DNA from: a virus
IMG/VR virus record: IMGVR_UViG_3300010938_000012
Span: 1 to 64,000 of that record
DNA length: 64,000 bases
Direction: 5' to 3' (one strand)
Both the position numbers and the translations under genes were made by a program. The notes under the pieces were generated by a model, which was not told the DNA's origin, ran no database searches, and was given only the letters and a program-made list of their open reading frames with translations. This document shows, piece by piece, positions 46,992-57,085 of this stretch (positions are counted from its first letter, which is position 1; each line of letters starts with the position of its first letter).

Positions 46992-47201
46992 TCATGTTGT
47001 ATCTGTATTTTGTCTTGTTTTGAGCGGGAAGTTAGTCAGCTCAAAGAGGTAAACATCGCCAGAGTATGTTCGCCCATTGCTCGTGTGCGCCGCTTCGCAC
47101 ATCTTCTGGATGCTACCTCCAAAGAACAGTTTGTCGCCGATTTCCGCAAAGGCAACAAAGTGCTTACCGAAGGTTCGGTTTTTAGTGGTTGACGGTTTCA
47201 T
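46992..47201 (-). CDS. Hypothetical protein
   Basis: A-rich leader and ATG. Confidence 0.5.
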   Translation of the reverse strand: MKPSTTKNRTFGKHFVAFAEIGDKLFFGGSIQKMCEAAHTSNGRTYSGDVYLFELTNFPLKTRQNTDTT

Positions 47202-47478
47202 TTTTTAAAGATTTGAAGGGGCCAAGTAAGTGCTTTTATAAAAATTCCATCAAACTCGCCGTAGTCTGACATCATTGCTTGTATTGGTAGTGAGACAATG
47301 AACCCAGCGAACCAGACATACGCTGCTATTGTTAGGATGTTCATATTTCTGATTTAGGACGTGCAACAATTGTGAATGATGGAAAAAAGATAAGGTCTCA
47401 GTCCATACGAACCAAGCCCTACCATACGAATATAACCCCCAAAAACGGAATAAAATATTTAAAATTTTTCATAACTGT

Positions 47479-48324
47479 TTAGATATGGAAGTCGATTGCG
47501 GTAATAAGAGAGTTGTAGTGAATTTTGTCCCAGATTGCGTAAAAGGTTTCCGTCCAATTTTCGTCCTCGTCCTTTGAAATACCGAACCAGCCCATTCGAC
47601 CTTTTTGAATCCACTCCCCGTTGATGACAATAACATGCGGAACAAAAGATTCACGTGCGCGAATTTCCGCATACTGTTCAGCCGTCAGGTCGTTGAAATC
47701 TTCAAGGTCAAACTCCCAAGTATTTAAGAGGTCTCGCTGAAATTGCGTCAATTCTTTGTTTGACTGAGCCTTTTGTAAGGCGAGCAGTGCTGGCTGGTTG
47801 TGGTACACTTTTCCTCTTTCGCCGAGGTTATCGATGTGAAACAAGTCTTTCCACAAGGTTTCTACCTTTGGGATTTTACCATCAGGGAAGCAATTAGCAA
47901 CAGTGTTGTAGTAATTGATAGCCTTTTCGTAAGATTTCGTTGTCATGGCCTTTAAGTCAATGTCGCGCTTGCGACACACGTTTGCTTTCTTTCCGTTTTT
48001 GAGCGTAAAGTAGCCGTCCCATCGTCCGCCAACTTCGTACCAGTCCCATTTTGAATCCGGGTTATAAGTTGACCAATTCTCCCAAACACCTTGTTCATTG
48101 GGCTTCCAATCATTTCCGTTCCAGTCTTCGCCGTGTTCGGCGTAAAGTTGCTCAAATGTTTGGTTTGAGAGTCCGTACTCTTCTTGGTAGTGTTTTACGA
48201 ACATGGCCTTTTCTTCTTCGGAAACAGTGCCAGTGATGTAAGGTTCAACACCAATACGTTCATCGTACTTTTCAAGTTGGCTTTGTACGTTTGCGCCAAC
48301 AACAAGTCCTACAAAGTGAGACAT
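47479..48324 (-). CDS. Conserved phage hypothetical protein
   Basis: MSHFVGLVVG, NPDSKWDWYEVGGRW, GRMGWFG, DFHI. Confidence 0.75.
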   Translation of the reverse strand: MSHFVGLVVGANVQSQLEKYDERIGVEPYITGTVSEEEKAMFVKHYQEEYGLSNQTFEQLYAEHGEDWNGNDWKPNEQGVWENWSTYNPDSKWDWYEVGGRWDGYFTLKNGKKANVCRKRDIDLKAMTTKSYEKAINYYNTVANCFPDGKIPKVETLWKDLFHIDNLGERGKVYHNQPALLALQKAQSNKELTQFQRDLLNTWEFDLEDFNDLTAEQYAEIRARESFVPHVIVINGEWIQKGRMGWFGISKDEDENWTETFYAIWDKIHYNSLITAIDFHI

Positions 48325-48921
48325 AGCTTTAATTGTTCGATTCGTTATAGTTTTCCCAGTCACTTTTCGCAGCTTTGCGAAGGATTGAGGGTTTCATTGT
48401 TTTAACAACTGTTTACGCCTTTCTCCGAAAAGCCCCTTATAGAGAGGAATTTGAATTTCCAGATGTTCGCTTTATTTTCGGAGACTTGCCTCAAGGTTCT
48501 CTCTGACCACTAATCCGCAAAAATGTGACATATTACAGCGGTTAACAGCTAAGAGTTCATGTCTTCATACCACTCTCTGTCGTATCTGGCAGATTGGCGA
48601 AGGTTTTCGCGTTTTACCATTTTTTTGAAGAGGGCCGGGCCAAGAGAGCTGGCAGCAATGATAAATATTCCTGTTAATAACATGGTGTTGGTGTGGTTTA
48701 AGTTTAGTCCGCTTTGCGGACTTTTTTTGTTGAATTAATTCCGCTGTTGAAGGCGTGATTAAGCATCTGCTTCAACTTTGGGTTTGCGTTACAGCATTTC
48801 TGACAGTCGTGGGACAGGGTGAGGAAATGCTGTTCAAGAGTCATCGGTTTTTACTTTTTTTTTGAAAAACGGCTTGACCTGCTGACCTTACGTTTTCGGC
48901 CAAGCACATAAACATCATTAA

Positions 48922-49740
48922 TCAATTCAAGACCTCAAATTCAGCGTCTTGAACTGTTGCGTATGAGAGTGCCAACTGGAACAACTCTTGGTTGAACTCT
49001 ATGTCGCGCACCGCAGATGCCATCGGACGGCCTTTGCGCTTCATCCCGTCCACTTTGAACCCGCCTATGGTACAGGCTTCTTGTACCCTGTTATAGACAA
49101 CCCACAGGTTGTTCCCCTCGTCTTCTGGGCGAAGGACTTGCGCCACACCAGAAACATCGGCAGCGGGCGAAACGGTCTTCCAGCGCAGGGCAATTGCTTG
49201 GCGGGTAAATCTCTGGACCTGCTCATCGGACAAGGTTACAGAAGCCATTTCTTTCTGCCTGTCCACGGCAATTTTCAAGTTGTCAAGGAAGCCCATGGCA
49301 ACCTCGAACGCCGCGCTTTCTGGTGTACCCATGTGACGTACAGAGAATTGACCAAACTCTTTGGTCGCAATGACCAAACCGTTTGAGCAAATCAAGCGGT
49401 AAATGCCGACATAAACCTGCAATCGGCTCGAACCGTCGTATGAGTTGACGATAACGACTTCTGGCTTCAACAGGTCGCCGCCGATTTCTACGGCTTCGAG
49501 CGCCCTGAGCTTTACAACGTGCTTTCCGCGGCCTTTGTTGTCGGCCTTTGCAGCACGAGCTTTGCGAACGCTGACGGAAACCAACTCAAACATCCCCAAC
49601 CGCAGGATGTTGTCCACCAAGGTACGGGTGTCCATTGTTTGATAGTGTTTGGACATTGCCTTGGAAGTTTGGAGTTCCGGGTTCAGCAGAGATACGTCTG
49701 TGGTTGCAAAAACATTGGTCATATGTTCAACAATTAACAA
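48922..49740 (-). CDS. DUF932/DUF945 family protein
   Basis: NSYDGSS..GIYRLICSNGL, RH, NLWVVYNRVQE. Confidence 0.8.
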   Translation of the reverse strand: MLIVEHMTNVFATTDVSLLNPELQTSKAMSKHYQTMDTRTLVDNILRLGMFELVSVSVRKARAAKADNKGRGKHVVKLRALEAVEIGGDLLKPEVVIVNSYDGSSRLQVYVGIYRLICSNGLVIATKEFGQFSVRHMGTPESAAFEVAMGFLDNLKIAVDRQKEMASVTLSDEQVQRFTRQAIALRWKTVSPAADVSGVAQVLRPEDEGNNLWVVYNRVQEACTIGGFKVDGMKRKGRPMASAVRDIEFNQELFQLALSYATVQDAEFEVLN

Positions 49741-50096
49741 TTAGAAATAAACAATTCGAGACGTTTCAGCACGTCGGCCCCCGTATGCCCGTCGAAATAC
49801 GGGTTTACGTCGTGCGTTTCGATGCCGTCCAAACTCGCCCAAAACTTTTCAGGCAAATGGAACGTGATCTGTCTCCCTGCTTGCGGCTGGATTCCGCAGA
49901 CAAACCAGCCTTCCCATTTTTGCCCGTCCGCGTTTCGGGAAGCCCGCCAAGACTTCGACTTGTGCGCCTGAATTAAGGCGACGAAAAGCAGACACCTTGC
50001 CTCGTACAACTCTCCAAAGGTGTGGTAGCCGTCCGAAATCATGTTTCGGTCAATTTCGGCGGCGGCGATCGCGGCGTTGATTTCGGCTACCGTCAT
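49734..50096 (-). CDS. Conserved phage hypothetical protein (WDGH-like)
   Basis: ISDGYHTFGELY, QITFHLP, FDGHT. Confidence 0.7.
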   Translation of the reverse strand: MTVAEINAAIAAAEIDRNMISDGYHTFGELYEARCLLFVALIQAHKSKSWRASRNADGQKWEGWFVCGIQPQAGRQITFHLPEKFWASLDGIETHDVNPYFDGHTGADVLKRLELFISNC

Positions 50097-50311
50097 TTCG
50101 TTTCTTCGGCCACTACCCGCCCGCCAACGGATTCCCAATCAAAGTCCGGGCGGCGGCTCTCCCAAACTTCGTAACCGCCTTGGTTCCAGCGGTTGTACCG
50201 TATTTTTTGCCACTCGCCGCCGCGCAAACGGCGGTAGATGTAGCCTTTTGTTGATACCTGTTGTGCGGCTATAATCGCAACCGCAAAAACTGCAACAATA
50301 ATGTAGGTCAT
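50093..50311 (-). CDS. Small membrane/secreted protein
   Basis: N-terminal hydrophobic segment; A-rich leader. Confidence 0.55.
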   Translation of the reverse strand: MTYIIVAVFAVAIIAAQQVSTKGYIYRRLRGGEWQKIRYNRWNQGGYEVWESRRPDFDWESVGGRVVAEETK

Positions 50312-50423
50312 TTTTTTAAAGTTTAGTTGTTAAAAAATTGACAACCCCGCTTCGTCGGCTGTGCCTCGAAAACCTCGCACAGCGTCGAAGCGCCGAGTTG
50401 TCGTTTGGTTGTGAACGATGGGG

Positions 50424-50454
50424 CAAAGGTACAGACAAGTTAAATAAGTTGCAA
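50424..50454 (-). promoter_or_regulatory. Bacteroidota-type promoter
   Basis: TTG-N20-TACCTTTG. Confidence 0.75.
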
Positions 50455-50533
50455 GATCGTTAACACTTTATTTGAAATTATCCGCCATACCGAGCAGTCC
50501 CGGCGTTTACAACAGCATCAGGAAACTTTTCAA

Positions 50534-50950
50534 TCAGTTCCGAAAAAAATCTTTGAATTGTTCTTTGATTCGGTTGTGTGTGCTAAGAGTATCGACCCAG
50601 TTTACGGGAATAGCAAGGTGTCCTAGGTAATCATCACACCAGAACCCTTTATCAAAGTCAATTTTATCCACTTTGTAGTCATATGTGGAGATGTTGATAA
50701 ACCCCTCGTCAACGCCTATGTGACACATATCTTCATTCTCGACGTGTTCAACAACAAGTTTCTCAACAAAAGTCAGGTCTGAATCAAATGTGAATTTTTC
50801 CAGTTTTTTGCCGCAATCAGTGCAGTATTTTGCACCTACTCGCACATCGTTGTCTGGGTGATTTTCACATCCGAATTTTAAGGTTTGTGACTATGTATGG
50901 ACTGGTATCTGAACCAGAGCGCATTTTTAGAGTGATGTTGATACTGACAT
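50534..50950 (-). pseudogene. Zn-ribbon protein with two in-frame stops near its 5' end
   Basis: MSVSTSL*KC..HT*SQ..GCENH..YCTDCG, all in one frame. Confidence 0.6.
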
Positions 50951-50959
50951 AGTTTTTAT

Positions 50960-51484
50960 TTAAGAGATGAGATAGCGGTAGTGTGGGGCGATAACTGGCA
51001 CTTCTGCTACGATGGTATATGCCCTAACGGTTTTAGTCCCGTCAGTTATTGTCGTGTTGATGTTGACACCGATACTGGAATCTGTCACCGTGATGTTGTG
51101 TAGGTTAAGTCCCTTGCGGATGATTCGGTCAGCCAGTTTTTTGATTGAGTTTTCGTAGTGCGTGATGGCGCGTTTCTCTGACTTTGCGATGTGTTTTTCC
51201 AATCCACCACAAACCGCAGAGCGCGCACCCTCCCTCAAACGACGGTAAGTTCTCGACTCTTTGGTATTGTAGAAATTTTTCGGAAAAGACAAGAACTCGC
51301 TACGAGTGCCGACGTTTACAGGACGAGGTTCAAGCCCAAAATATTTGCACCAATCAACTTCCTTCCACTTCACCATCTGTTCCATACGAGCAAATTCCCG
51401 AACAGCATACTGCCTTGTTTTTTCAAGGTAGATGGATTTTAGGCTTTGTGTGGCCTCGGATAGCTGTTTAACAAGGTTCTTCAT
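50960..51484 (-). CDS. Hypothetical early protein
   Basis: Promoter variant TTG-N20-TACTATTG at 51511-51541. Confidence 0.7.
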   Translation of the reverse strand: MKNLVKQLSEATQSLKSIYLEKTRQYAVREFARMEQMVKWKEVDWCKYFGLEPRPVNVGTRSEFLSFPKNFYNTKESRTYRRLREGARSAVCGGLEKHIAKSEKRAITHYENSIKKLADRIIRKGLNLHNITVTDSSIGVNINTTITDGTKTVRAYTIVAEVPVIAPHYRYLIS

Positions 51485-51564
51485 ATTAATTTGATTTGCG
51501 AGTGGTGGTACAATAGTAAGGGAGTGTTATACGCTATGCAAGTCCCTTGCCAGATGTTAACAAA

Positions 51565-51786
51565 TTATTCACAATTGTGTACAACCTCGCCGTTGTACGA
51601 TTCTACCCATGCTTGGGTCCCGTTGTTTATGAACAGGCTGTCTCCCAACTCATCTACTGTAAGGGTGTGGTTTTCGTCTGCAAACTGGATAGCGTCTTCC
51701 AATATATCGAAATGGTATTCGATAACCGGGTCAGACCAGTTGTTGTGCCAATTCTTGAGATATACCGTGAACATGGTGTGTAACAT
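51565..51786 (-). CDS. Small hypothetical protein
   Basis: Non-overlapping 3' part of the 161-aa ORF. Confidence 0.45.
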   Translation of the reverse strand: MLHTMFTVYLKNWHNNWSDPVIEYHFDILEDAIQFADENHTLTVDELGDSLFINNGTQAWVESYNGEVVHNCE

Positions 51787-51839
51787 GGTGTGTTGTTTTA
51801 TGAATGATAGGACAAAAGCGCATTCAAGCACAATACCGC

Positions 51840-52694
51840 TCAATAGTTGAAATTCTTGATTTGGAGGTTGGTGTTTAGGAACGCTCCAAAGTCTCTCTTG
51901 TGGTCGAAGTTGAAGTCCATTGCGAACATCAACTCGTCTGTGATTCCGTTGATTTTCTCCTTCCAAATTTGGAAAGCAGAGTAAACTGCGGGGGAAAACA
52001 GGCTGCTGTCGGAGAATCTGGTGTCGAGTTGTCCTGACAGTTCGTTCCAAGACTTCAAAGACGGGTTGTTGAAAAATGTTTGAACGCTTTCGTCCAGAGG
52101 TACGGTGTTGTTAACCTTGCTTTGGTATTCGCCAATCTTCTCCATGATGCGGTCTTTGTAGCGGAGAAGGTTTTTGAGGGCTGTCTCAACCCGTTTGCGT
52201 TGTTCGGCGGAGTTGAGCGCATTCCATTCCGACCCGTTCAAAGTGTCGAGGAATGCGCCGTATGCGTTTGACTCGAACGCCTCGTTCAACGATGCCACAT
52301 ACTTCTCTACCATGTTCTTGTCGAAAGATTGGTCTGCAAGGTCGTTTTCTACTGAAAGGAAAACCTTGCGAACCAAAGCAACCTTGTTGGCAGTGGGCTG
52401 TTCCTCGGAGGGGGCAGCTACAACTTCCGGCCATTTTCGCACACCTTTTGCGATTTCTGTCATGCCGTATTTTATATTGGCGAGGGACAGGTCATAATAT
52501 TTGTCCCCAACAGATGTAAGTCCTCTTCTTACACTCTGTTTTAAAGCATTCCATTGTGAGATGGACAGTACATACTCTTGTCGGTTTACGTCCGACCCTT
52601 CGAGGAGCGCGTAAGCAGCATCAAGGTCGTTTGCTGCGAGGAGATCTTCAAACTGTTGCATAATGGTCTGTAAGTTATTGGGCGACGTATTCAA
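51840..52694 (-). CDS. Protein with an N-terminal EAD11-like (effector-associated) domain
   Basis: LLAANDLDAAYALL..VLSISQWNALKQSVRRG....SLANIKYGMTEI pattern; likely ATG at 52661. Confidence 0.55.
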   Translation of the reverse strand: MNTSPNNLQTIMQQFEDLLAANDLDAAYALLEGSDVNRQEYVLSISQWNALKQSVRRGLTSVGDKYYDLSLANIKYGMTEIAKGVRKWPEVVAAPSEEQPTANKVALVRKVFLSVENDLADQSFDKNMVEKYVASLNEAFESNAYGAFLDTLNGSEWNALNSAEQRKRVETALKNLLRYKDRIMEKIGEYQSKVNNTVPLDESVQTFFNNPSLKSWNELSGQLDTRFSDSSLFSPAVYSAFQIWKEKINGITDELMFAMDFNFDHKRDFGAFLNTNLQIKNFNY

Positions 52695-53301
52695 ATTGAT
52701 ATTGACAACCTGCCGGCAAGTAATAAGCGTATGCGCGGCAAAATTCCGGGTATCTTTGTTTCAATAGAACAGTCGCCTCTCTTGCTTCTGACTTGCCTGT
52801 GTACTTTCCGTAGTGGACTACCCAGTAGTCCTTAATCTCTTGTGCGTTGTTTTGTGCCATTGCCCCATCTGGGAGCTTTGATACAAGACACCCGGCTGGC
52901 CGAGAGTTCGGGGGATATACCATTAGCTCCATTCGCACTGTCCAATACCCCTCGGTCGGAGCAGCGCTTGCGACGTACACCCTCTTTTGACTTGCTACGA
53001 CCGTGTCGCGCGACAACTCCCTTACCTGTGCAGAACAGTTGTCCGGGTCAATGAGGGTTTCTACGACGACCCTTATCTGTTTTTTAATTTCCAGATACTC
53101 CGGTGTTGCAGAGATTGTTGGCCGCTTCTCCGTCCCGTAGTATGGTAGGGCATCGCAGGGGTCTGGCGCGAGCGGAATGTTGAAAGAATGCTCTGCCGGG
53201 ATTGGGACTCTTTCTGTGATCGCCCCACAGGGAGCAGATGTCTGTTGTGCTGAAAGCAAGGTGCTGCTAAACAGCAATAAAATCGTCAGCGGTTTGTTCA
53301 T
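52675..53301 (-). CDS. Secreted protein with a C-terminal SPOR-like domain
   Basis: Signal peptide (LLSA/Q); YWVVHYGKY..KSEA....LKQRYPEF..AY. Confidence 0.55.
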   Translation of the reverse strand: MNKPLTILLLFSSTLLSAQQTSAPCGAITERVPIPAEHSFNIPLAPDPCDALPYYGTEKRPTISATPEYLEIKKQIRVVVETLIDPDNCSAQVRELSRDTVVASQKRVYVASAAPTEGYWTVRMELMVYPPNSRPAGCLVSKLPDGAMAQNNAQEIKDYWVVHYGKYTGKSEAREATVLLKQRYPEFCRAYAYYLPAGCQYQFEYVAQ

Positions 53302-53521
53302 TTTTCTTGAACACGTTGTAAACTGTTTTACCTTTTTGTGGGATGTTGTTTATGCTGTGGATTGTTCCCCTTCCGATAAAAGTATGCCCGTGATAAACAT
53401 CGGATGTTTCTGATATCAGGTCATACTCGACAATCCTGCCATCTTCGAGCAGTGCTTTGCGGGATGTTATTTTAACACGGCCCCATTCCCACAGAAGGCC
53501 TTTTTCATCTTTGTGAATCAT
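53267..53521 (-). CDS. Hypothetical protein
   Basis: ORF. Confidence 0.5.
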   Translation of the reverse strand: MIHKDEKGLLWEWGRVKITSRKALLEDGRIVEYDLISETSDVYHGHTFIGRGTIHSINNIPQKGKTVYNVFKKNEQTADDFIAV

Positions 53522-53674
53522 ATTGTGAGTGCTTTTTTAAGTGAAAATTAAAGTGTTAGTACCGGTGGTGCTATTTAGGCCGCGACAACAAACCACATTG
53601 GGGGTTTTCGTGAGCGCCTGCCGTATGCGCTGTTGTAAACAGGTGGGCTCAAGTCCAAAAGTCAGTTGTCACTG

Positions 53675-53926
53675 TCATCTGAATATAGGGTGAATTTTTG
53701 AAAAAAGGTCGTATGCGATACAACCTCTCCAATTCTCTTTTATCCAACTGTCGCCCGTGAGTTTTATGTGCACGAAACGCTCTACATGGGAAAGCGAACA
53801 ATATCCGCCAAAGAACCACCAGTGAACAACTACCAAAGCAATACCAATGTTGCCAGTAAGGTTCATAAACGTTACAGCAATTGTCCAGTGCAGTGCCAGC
53901 GTAAAAGCGTACAAAAGGTATCTCAT
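53675..53926 (-). CDS. Small membrane protein
   Basis: Two TMs followed by C.LSHVE. Confidence 0.55.
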   Translation of the reverse strand: MRYLLYAFTLALHWTIAVTFMNLTGNIGIALVVVHWWFFGGYCSLSHVERFVHIKLTGDSWIKENWRGCIAYDLFSKIHPIFR

Positions 53927-54268
53927 ATATTGTTAAATCTATTTTAGTTCAGAGGGGATAGGCACATTGTGAGCGCGGTGTCAAGTCGTGCCCCGTGTCT
54001 GTTGCCCTTCGTCTGAATAGGCAACGTCATATACCCTGCCCTTTCTGTTTAGAAAAGGGCGAAAGACTAAACCTCGGTTGCCTTTTCTAAAGTTTTGTTG
54101 TCAGTGTTGCGTACATTACCCAAATCAAAAACAGTGTGTATAGCGCATCAAAGACCCCATCAGTCCAATCTGTCCTTCTTTTGGGCGGTTCTGTGCCATC
54201 CAGTTCGCAATGGTTGTTCTAACGATCTGAGTTGCCGCAAATACAATTACAGCATAAGTATCATGTCT

Positions 54269-54517
54269 TTATTTTTTCTTGAAGGTGTATTCGTTGAGGT
54301 TCGGTTCGCACGAGTCGAAGTAGAATCCCTCATCAAATAGAAGCCTGTTTATTTTCTGCATAGACGATTTATACGCGCCCCCTTCGTATCTAATGGTTAC
54401 TTCGGTGATGCCTATGTCTTCCCGAAAAACCGCCGAATGGCCAGAAGTGGCGCTGACAAACACGCGACAGTTGTTGGTGTTTTGATGGGACAGTATCTTT
54501 AAGATAATGTTAGTCAT
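54269..54517 (-). CDS. Hypothetical protein
   Basis: ORF with an A-rich leader. Confidence 0.5.
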   Translation of the reverse strand: MTNIILKILSHQNTNNCRVFVSATSGHSAVFREDIGITEVTIRYEGGAYKSSMQKINRLLFDEGFYFDSCEPNLNEYTFKKK

Positions 54518-54871
54518 TGCTTTAAGTTTGCCATGAGGTTGTTGTTACAAAGGTTCTCAAACCACTTCTCACATTCCAGTATGGTGTGGCAATATTTTAC
54601 CTCGACAGATTCTTGCTTAGGCTGTATCTGGGACATGTGGTATGTGTTTAATGGGTGCCATAGAAAGGACTTTTTGGGCAAAAAAATTGTCCGCGAGTAG
54701 AGAACAGGTATTAGCGGGGAGCGCAGGACGCAAAAACACGCAAAATGACCCTAAATTAGGGGGGGTCTAACCCCCCTTTGACCCCCGGCACAGCCCCCCC
54801 CCTGTTTTTGACACAATTTGTGTCGGGAAAGTGGGGGTATGGTCGCTTCGCGACGATCGCGCCCAGCAAGA

Positions 54872-55198
54872 TTACTCGCACCCGCAAGAGTTTGGGTACT
54901 GTGCTTGAAAGAATATCCAGTATTCATCACCATCTGTTTTCCAGCGCGTATCTAAGGCACGAGCCTCGGCTAACCATGCTGTTGTGTCACATGATGACAT
55001 GAATGTTGTGTCTGTTGTGCCATTGTACGACAACACTACAAGGGAACTGTCTGTGGGCGATTTAACGCATACTACACAGGAGTTATTGATTGTGTGCCAG
55101 CACTTGCTGGTCGTTCCTTCGCAAGGTTCGACCTTGTTGCACGACGAACTGGCCCAAATGGCCGTGATGGTGATGGTTGCAATTATTAGTTTTTTCAT
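54872..55198 (-). CDS. Cys-rich putative lipoprotein
   Basis: MKK-hydrophobic-SSC signal, eight Cys; directly behind a promoter. Confidence 0.6.
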   Translation of the reverse strand: MKKLIIATITITAIWASSSCNKVEPCEGTTSKCWHTINNSCVVCVKSPTDSSLVVLSYNGTTDTTFMSSCDTTAWLAEARALDTRWKTDGDEYWIFFQAQYPNSCGCE

Positions 55199-55225
55199 TG
55201 TCAGTGTTTTTTAAATTTTACGGCA

Positions 55226-55257
55226 CAAAGGTACGTACCTCTACAAAACAATGCCAA
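55226..55257 (-). promoter_or_regulatory. Bacteroidota-type promoter
   Basis: TTG-N21-TACCTTTG. Confidence 0.75.
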
Positions 55258-55665
55258 AAAATTAACAACCGTTAACATATTATTATCAATCGCCTGTCTC
55301 GATAGAGGTAAACACGAAGATGGCTGTAAGCTCGCCAGTGGCGCAAATAATCTTCTGTGCGGTATTCATTGTTGTTGAGTTCCTATTTGTATTTCGTCCA
55401 GAACCTTCACACGGTCGATCAGGTCTGTGATCGCCGCAGGCGATAGCAAGTCAGCAAGGTAGTCGAGCGGCATCCACAGACAGCCTTCAAAATCCTCCTC
55501 GAAGGCCGCCATCGGGAAAGGTTCGTCACAGTATTTTAACAACCAACTTACGAACGCAGGTATTGATACAAACTCTCTCATTGCTTGGGCAGTTGTCGAG
55601 GTACGCCACGGCCAAGGGGTCGAACCTTGATTCCCTTGACGTGCCCCCATTTTTGAAGGTTGCAA

Positions 55666-56136
55666 TTAATAGCTTCGTTTTGCTTCGTAAGACAACGTCC
55701 TTGCCTTGGTGGACTCAAACTTCCACTCTTTGGCGGCACAGTCATACCACACATGACCAAACGGCATACCGTTGGACCCCCCGTCCCAAGAACGGTAGCA
55801 CAGGTACAAAGACCCCCAAAACCTTTCAGGGCTTCCAGAGAAACCAAAGAAAGAGACAACGGCCTCGCGGACAACGGCCTCAAAAATACCGGACTGTCCT
55901 ACGAGGTTGGGGCATACTATAATGGGGCGCTCCTCCGAGAAATCGATAGAAAACTCAACAGAAGTCCCCAATACTTTGTTTATGAAATCGAACATGGGAG
56001 TCCAATCGATGAACAAATATTCCGTGTTGTTCTCGTGGAACTTTTTGTACCCCAATTCTTCGCACTTCGAGACATCAGTCCCAGCGGGAAAAGTAACCAC
56101 ACTTGATGTGGCCTTGTTGAACATATTAATTTTCAT
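55666..56136 (-). CDS. Hypothetical early protein
   Basis: ATG 56136 lies just behind the 56154 promoter. Confidence 0.65.
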   Translation of the reverse strand: MKINMFNKATSSVVTFPAGTDVSKCEELGYKKFHENNTEYLFIDWTPMFDFINKVLGTSVEFSIDFSEERPIIVCPNLVGQSGIFEAVVREAVVSFFGFSGSPERFWGSLYLCYRSWDGGSNGMPFGHVWYDCAAKEWKFESTKARTLSYEAKRSY

Positions 56137-56153
56137 GTAATTGTTGTTTGGCA

Positions 56154-56184
56154 CAAAGGTATGGCAGCCCCAAACAATCCACAA
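56154..56184 (-). promoter_or_regulatory. Bacteroidota-type promoter
   Basis: TTG-N20-TACCTTTG. Confidence 0.75.
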
Positions 56185-56539
56185 GCCCGTTAACATTTTA
56201 TTGTGGATTTTAACAGCGGTAAACTTTTTGTTTCAAAAGACTGTCCCCGTGAAACGGATTGTTTCAACGCTATTATTCGCAGGAAAATTACATTCTGCGA
56301 AGGAGGGGCGCATTATACGTACTGAACTCTCAAAAAAACTTGTGTTGGCCGTATTTTCACGAATCTTTTTTAGTTACAAAGCACAATCGCTGTTCAAAGC
56401 GCTTTGTTTCGCAAAGTAACCACACTGGCTGTTTATGTTCGCTCACATCTGGGTCATTTGCTTCCCAGCAGGACACTCCCCGACATCCGTACAGCGAGTT
56501 GTCCCTCTGTGGCAATGTCTGACAACATTTTGGCGGGGT

Positions 56540-57085
56540 TCACTTGTCTAGTTCTGTTAGGTTGTACCGTTTTATTATGTCCAACGGCTGTCTTGGGTCG
56601 CACAGGTTGTAGTTTGACAGCAGTTGTACCCATTGTTCCGTGTCGAGGTTTGACGTTTCGTGGCTGATGGTCGATACGGTTTTTGAGAAGTCTCTGAAAC
56701 TTTCCCATGCCGTACCGTACTTTTTGATGGGCAATTCTCCCCTATATTCTATTGCTTGACCTTCCCACCCTTCGTCTGGTTGTAGTTTGAACAGGTTGTG
56801 GTGGCTTGGGTGGTCGTACCATTCGGAGTTGCTCGCTGCAACGGACAGGATGACCGATGCCGGTATCTTGAATTTCTTTGATTCAGATACTGCGATCGGC
56901 GCGAACCTTTTGATAAACTGTTCGCGCCATTCGCTGTCTGTCAACTGTACTGTGTTTGGCGGCGCCGTGTTTACCTTTACATTTGGCTCAGGTTGGGCTT
57001 TCTCTGTTTTGGGCATGTCCCACAGCATGAGAGATATTCCCAGCGACAGGAGGGACATTAGGAGTATCTTTGCTTTGTTTGACAT
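56540..57085 (-). CDS. Membrane-anchored GH73/FlgJ glucosaminidase-like protein, catalytic Glu apparently lost
   Basis: FIKRFAPIA..KIPASVILSVAASNS, HNLF, KYGTAWESFRD, IIKRYNL. Confidence 0.7.
   Translation of the reverse strand: MSNKAKILLMSLLSLGISLMLWDMPKTEKAQPEPNVKVNTAPPNTVQLTDSEWREQFIKRFAPIAVSESKKFKIPASVILSVAASNSEWYDHPSHHNLFKLQPDEGWEGQAIEYRGELPIKKYGTAWESFRDFSKTVSTISHETSNLDTEQWVQLLSNYNLCDPRQPLDIIKRYNLTELDK

Noticed and set aside
22816-50950. Stop-codon reassignment (alternative genetic code)
   Set aside because: The interruptions involve all three stop codons plus frameshifts, long core genes are open in the standard code, and no suppressor-anticodon tRNA was seen.
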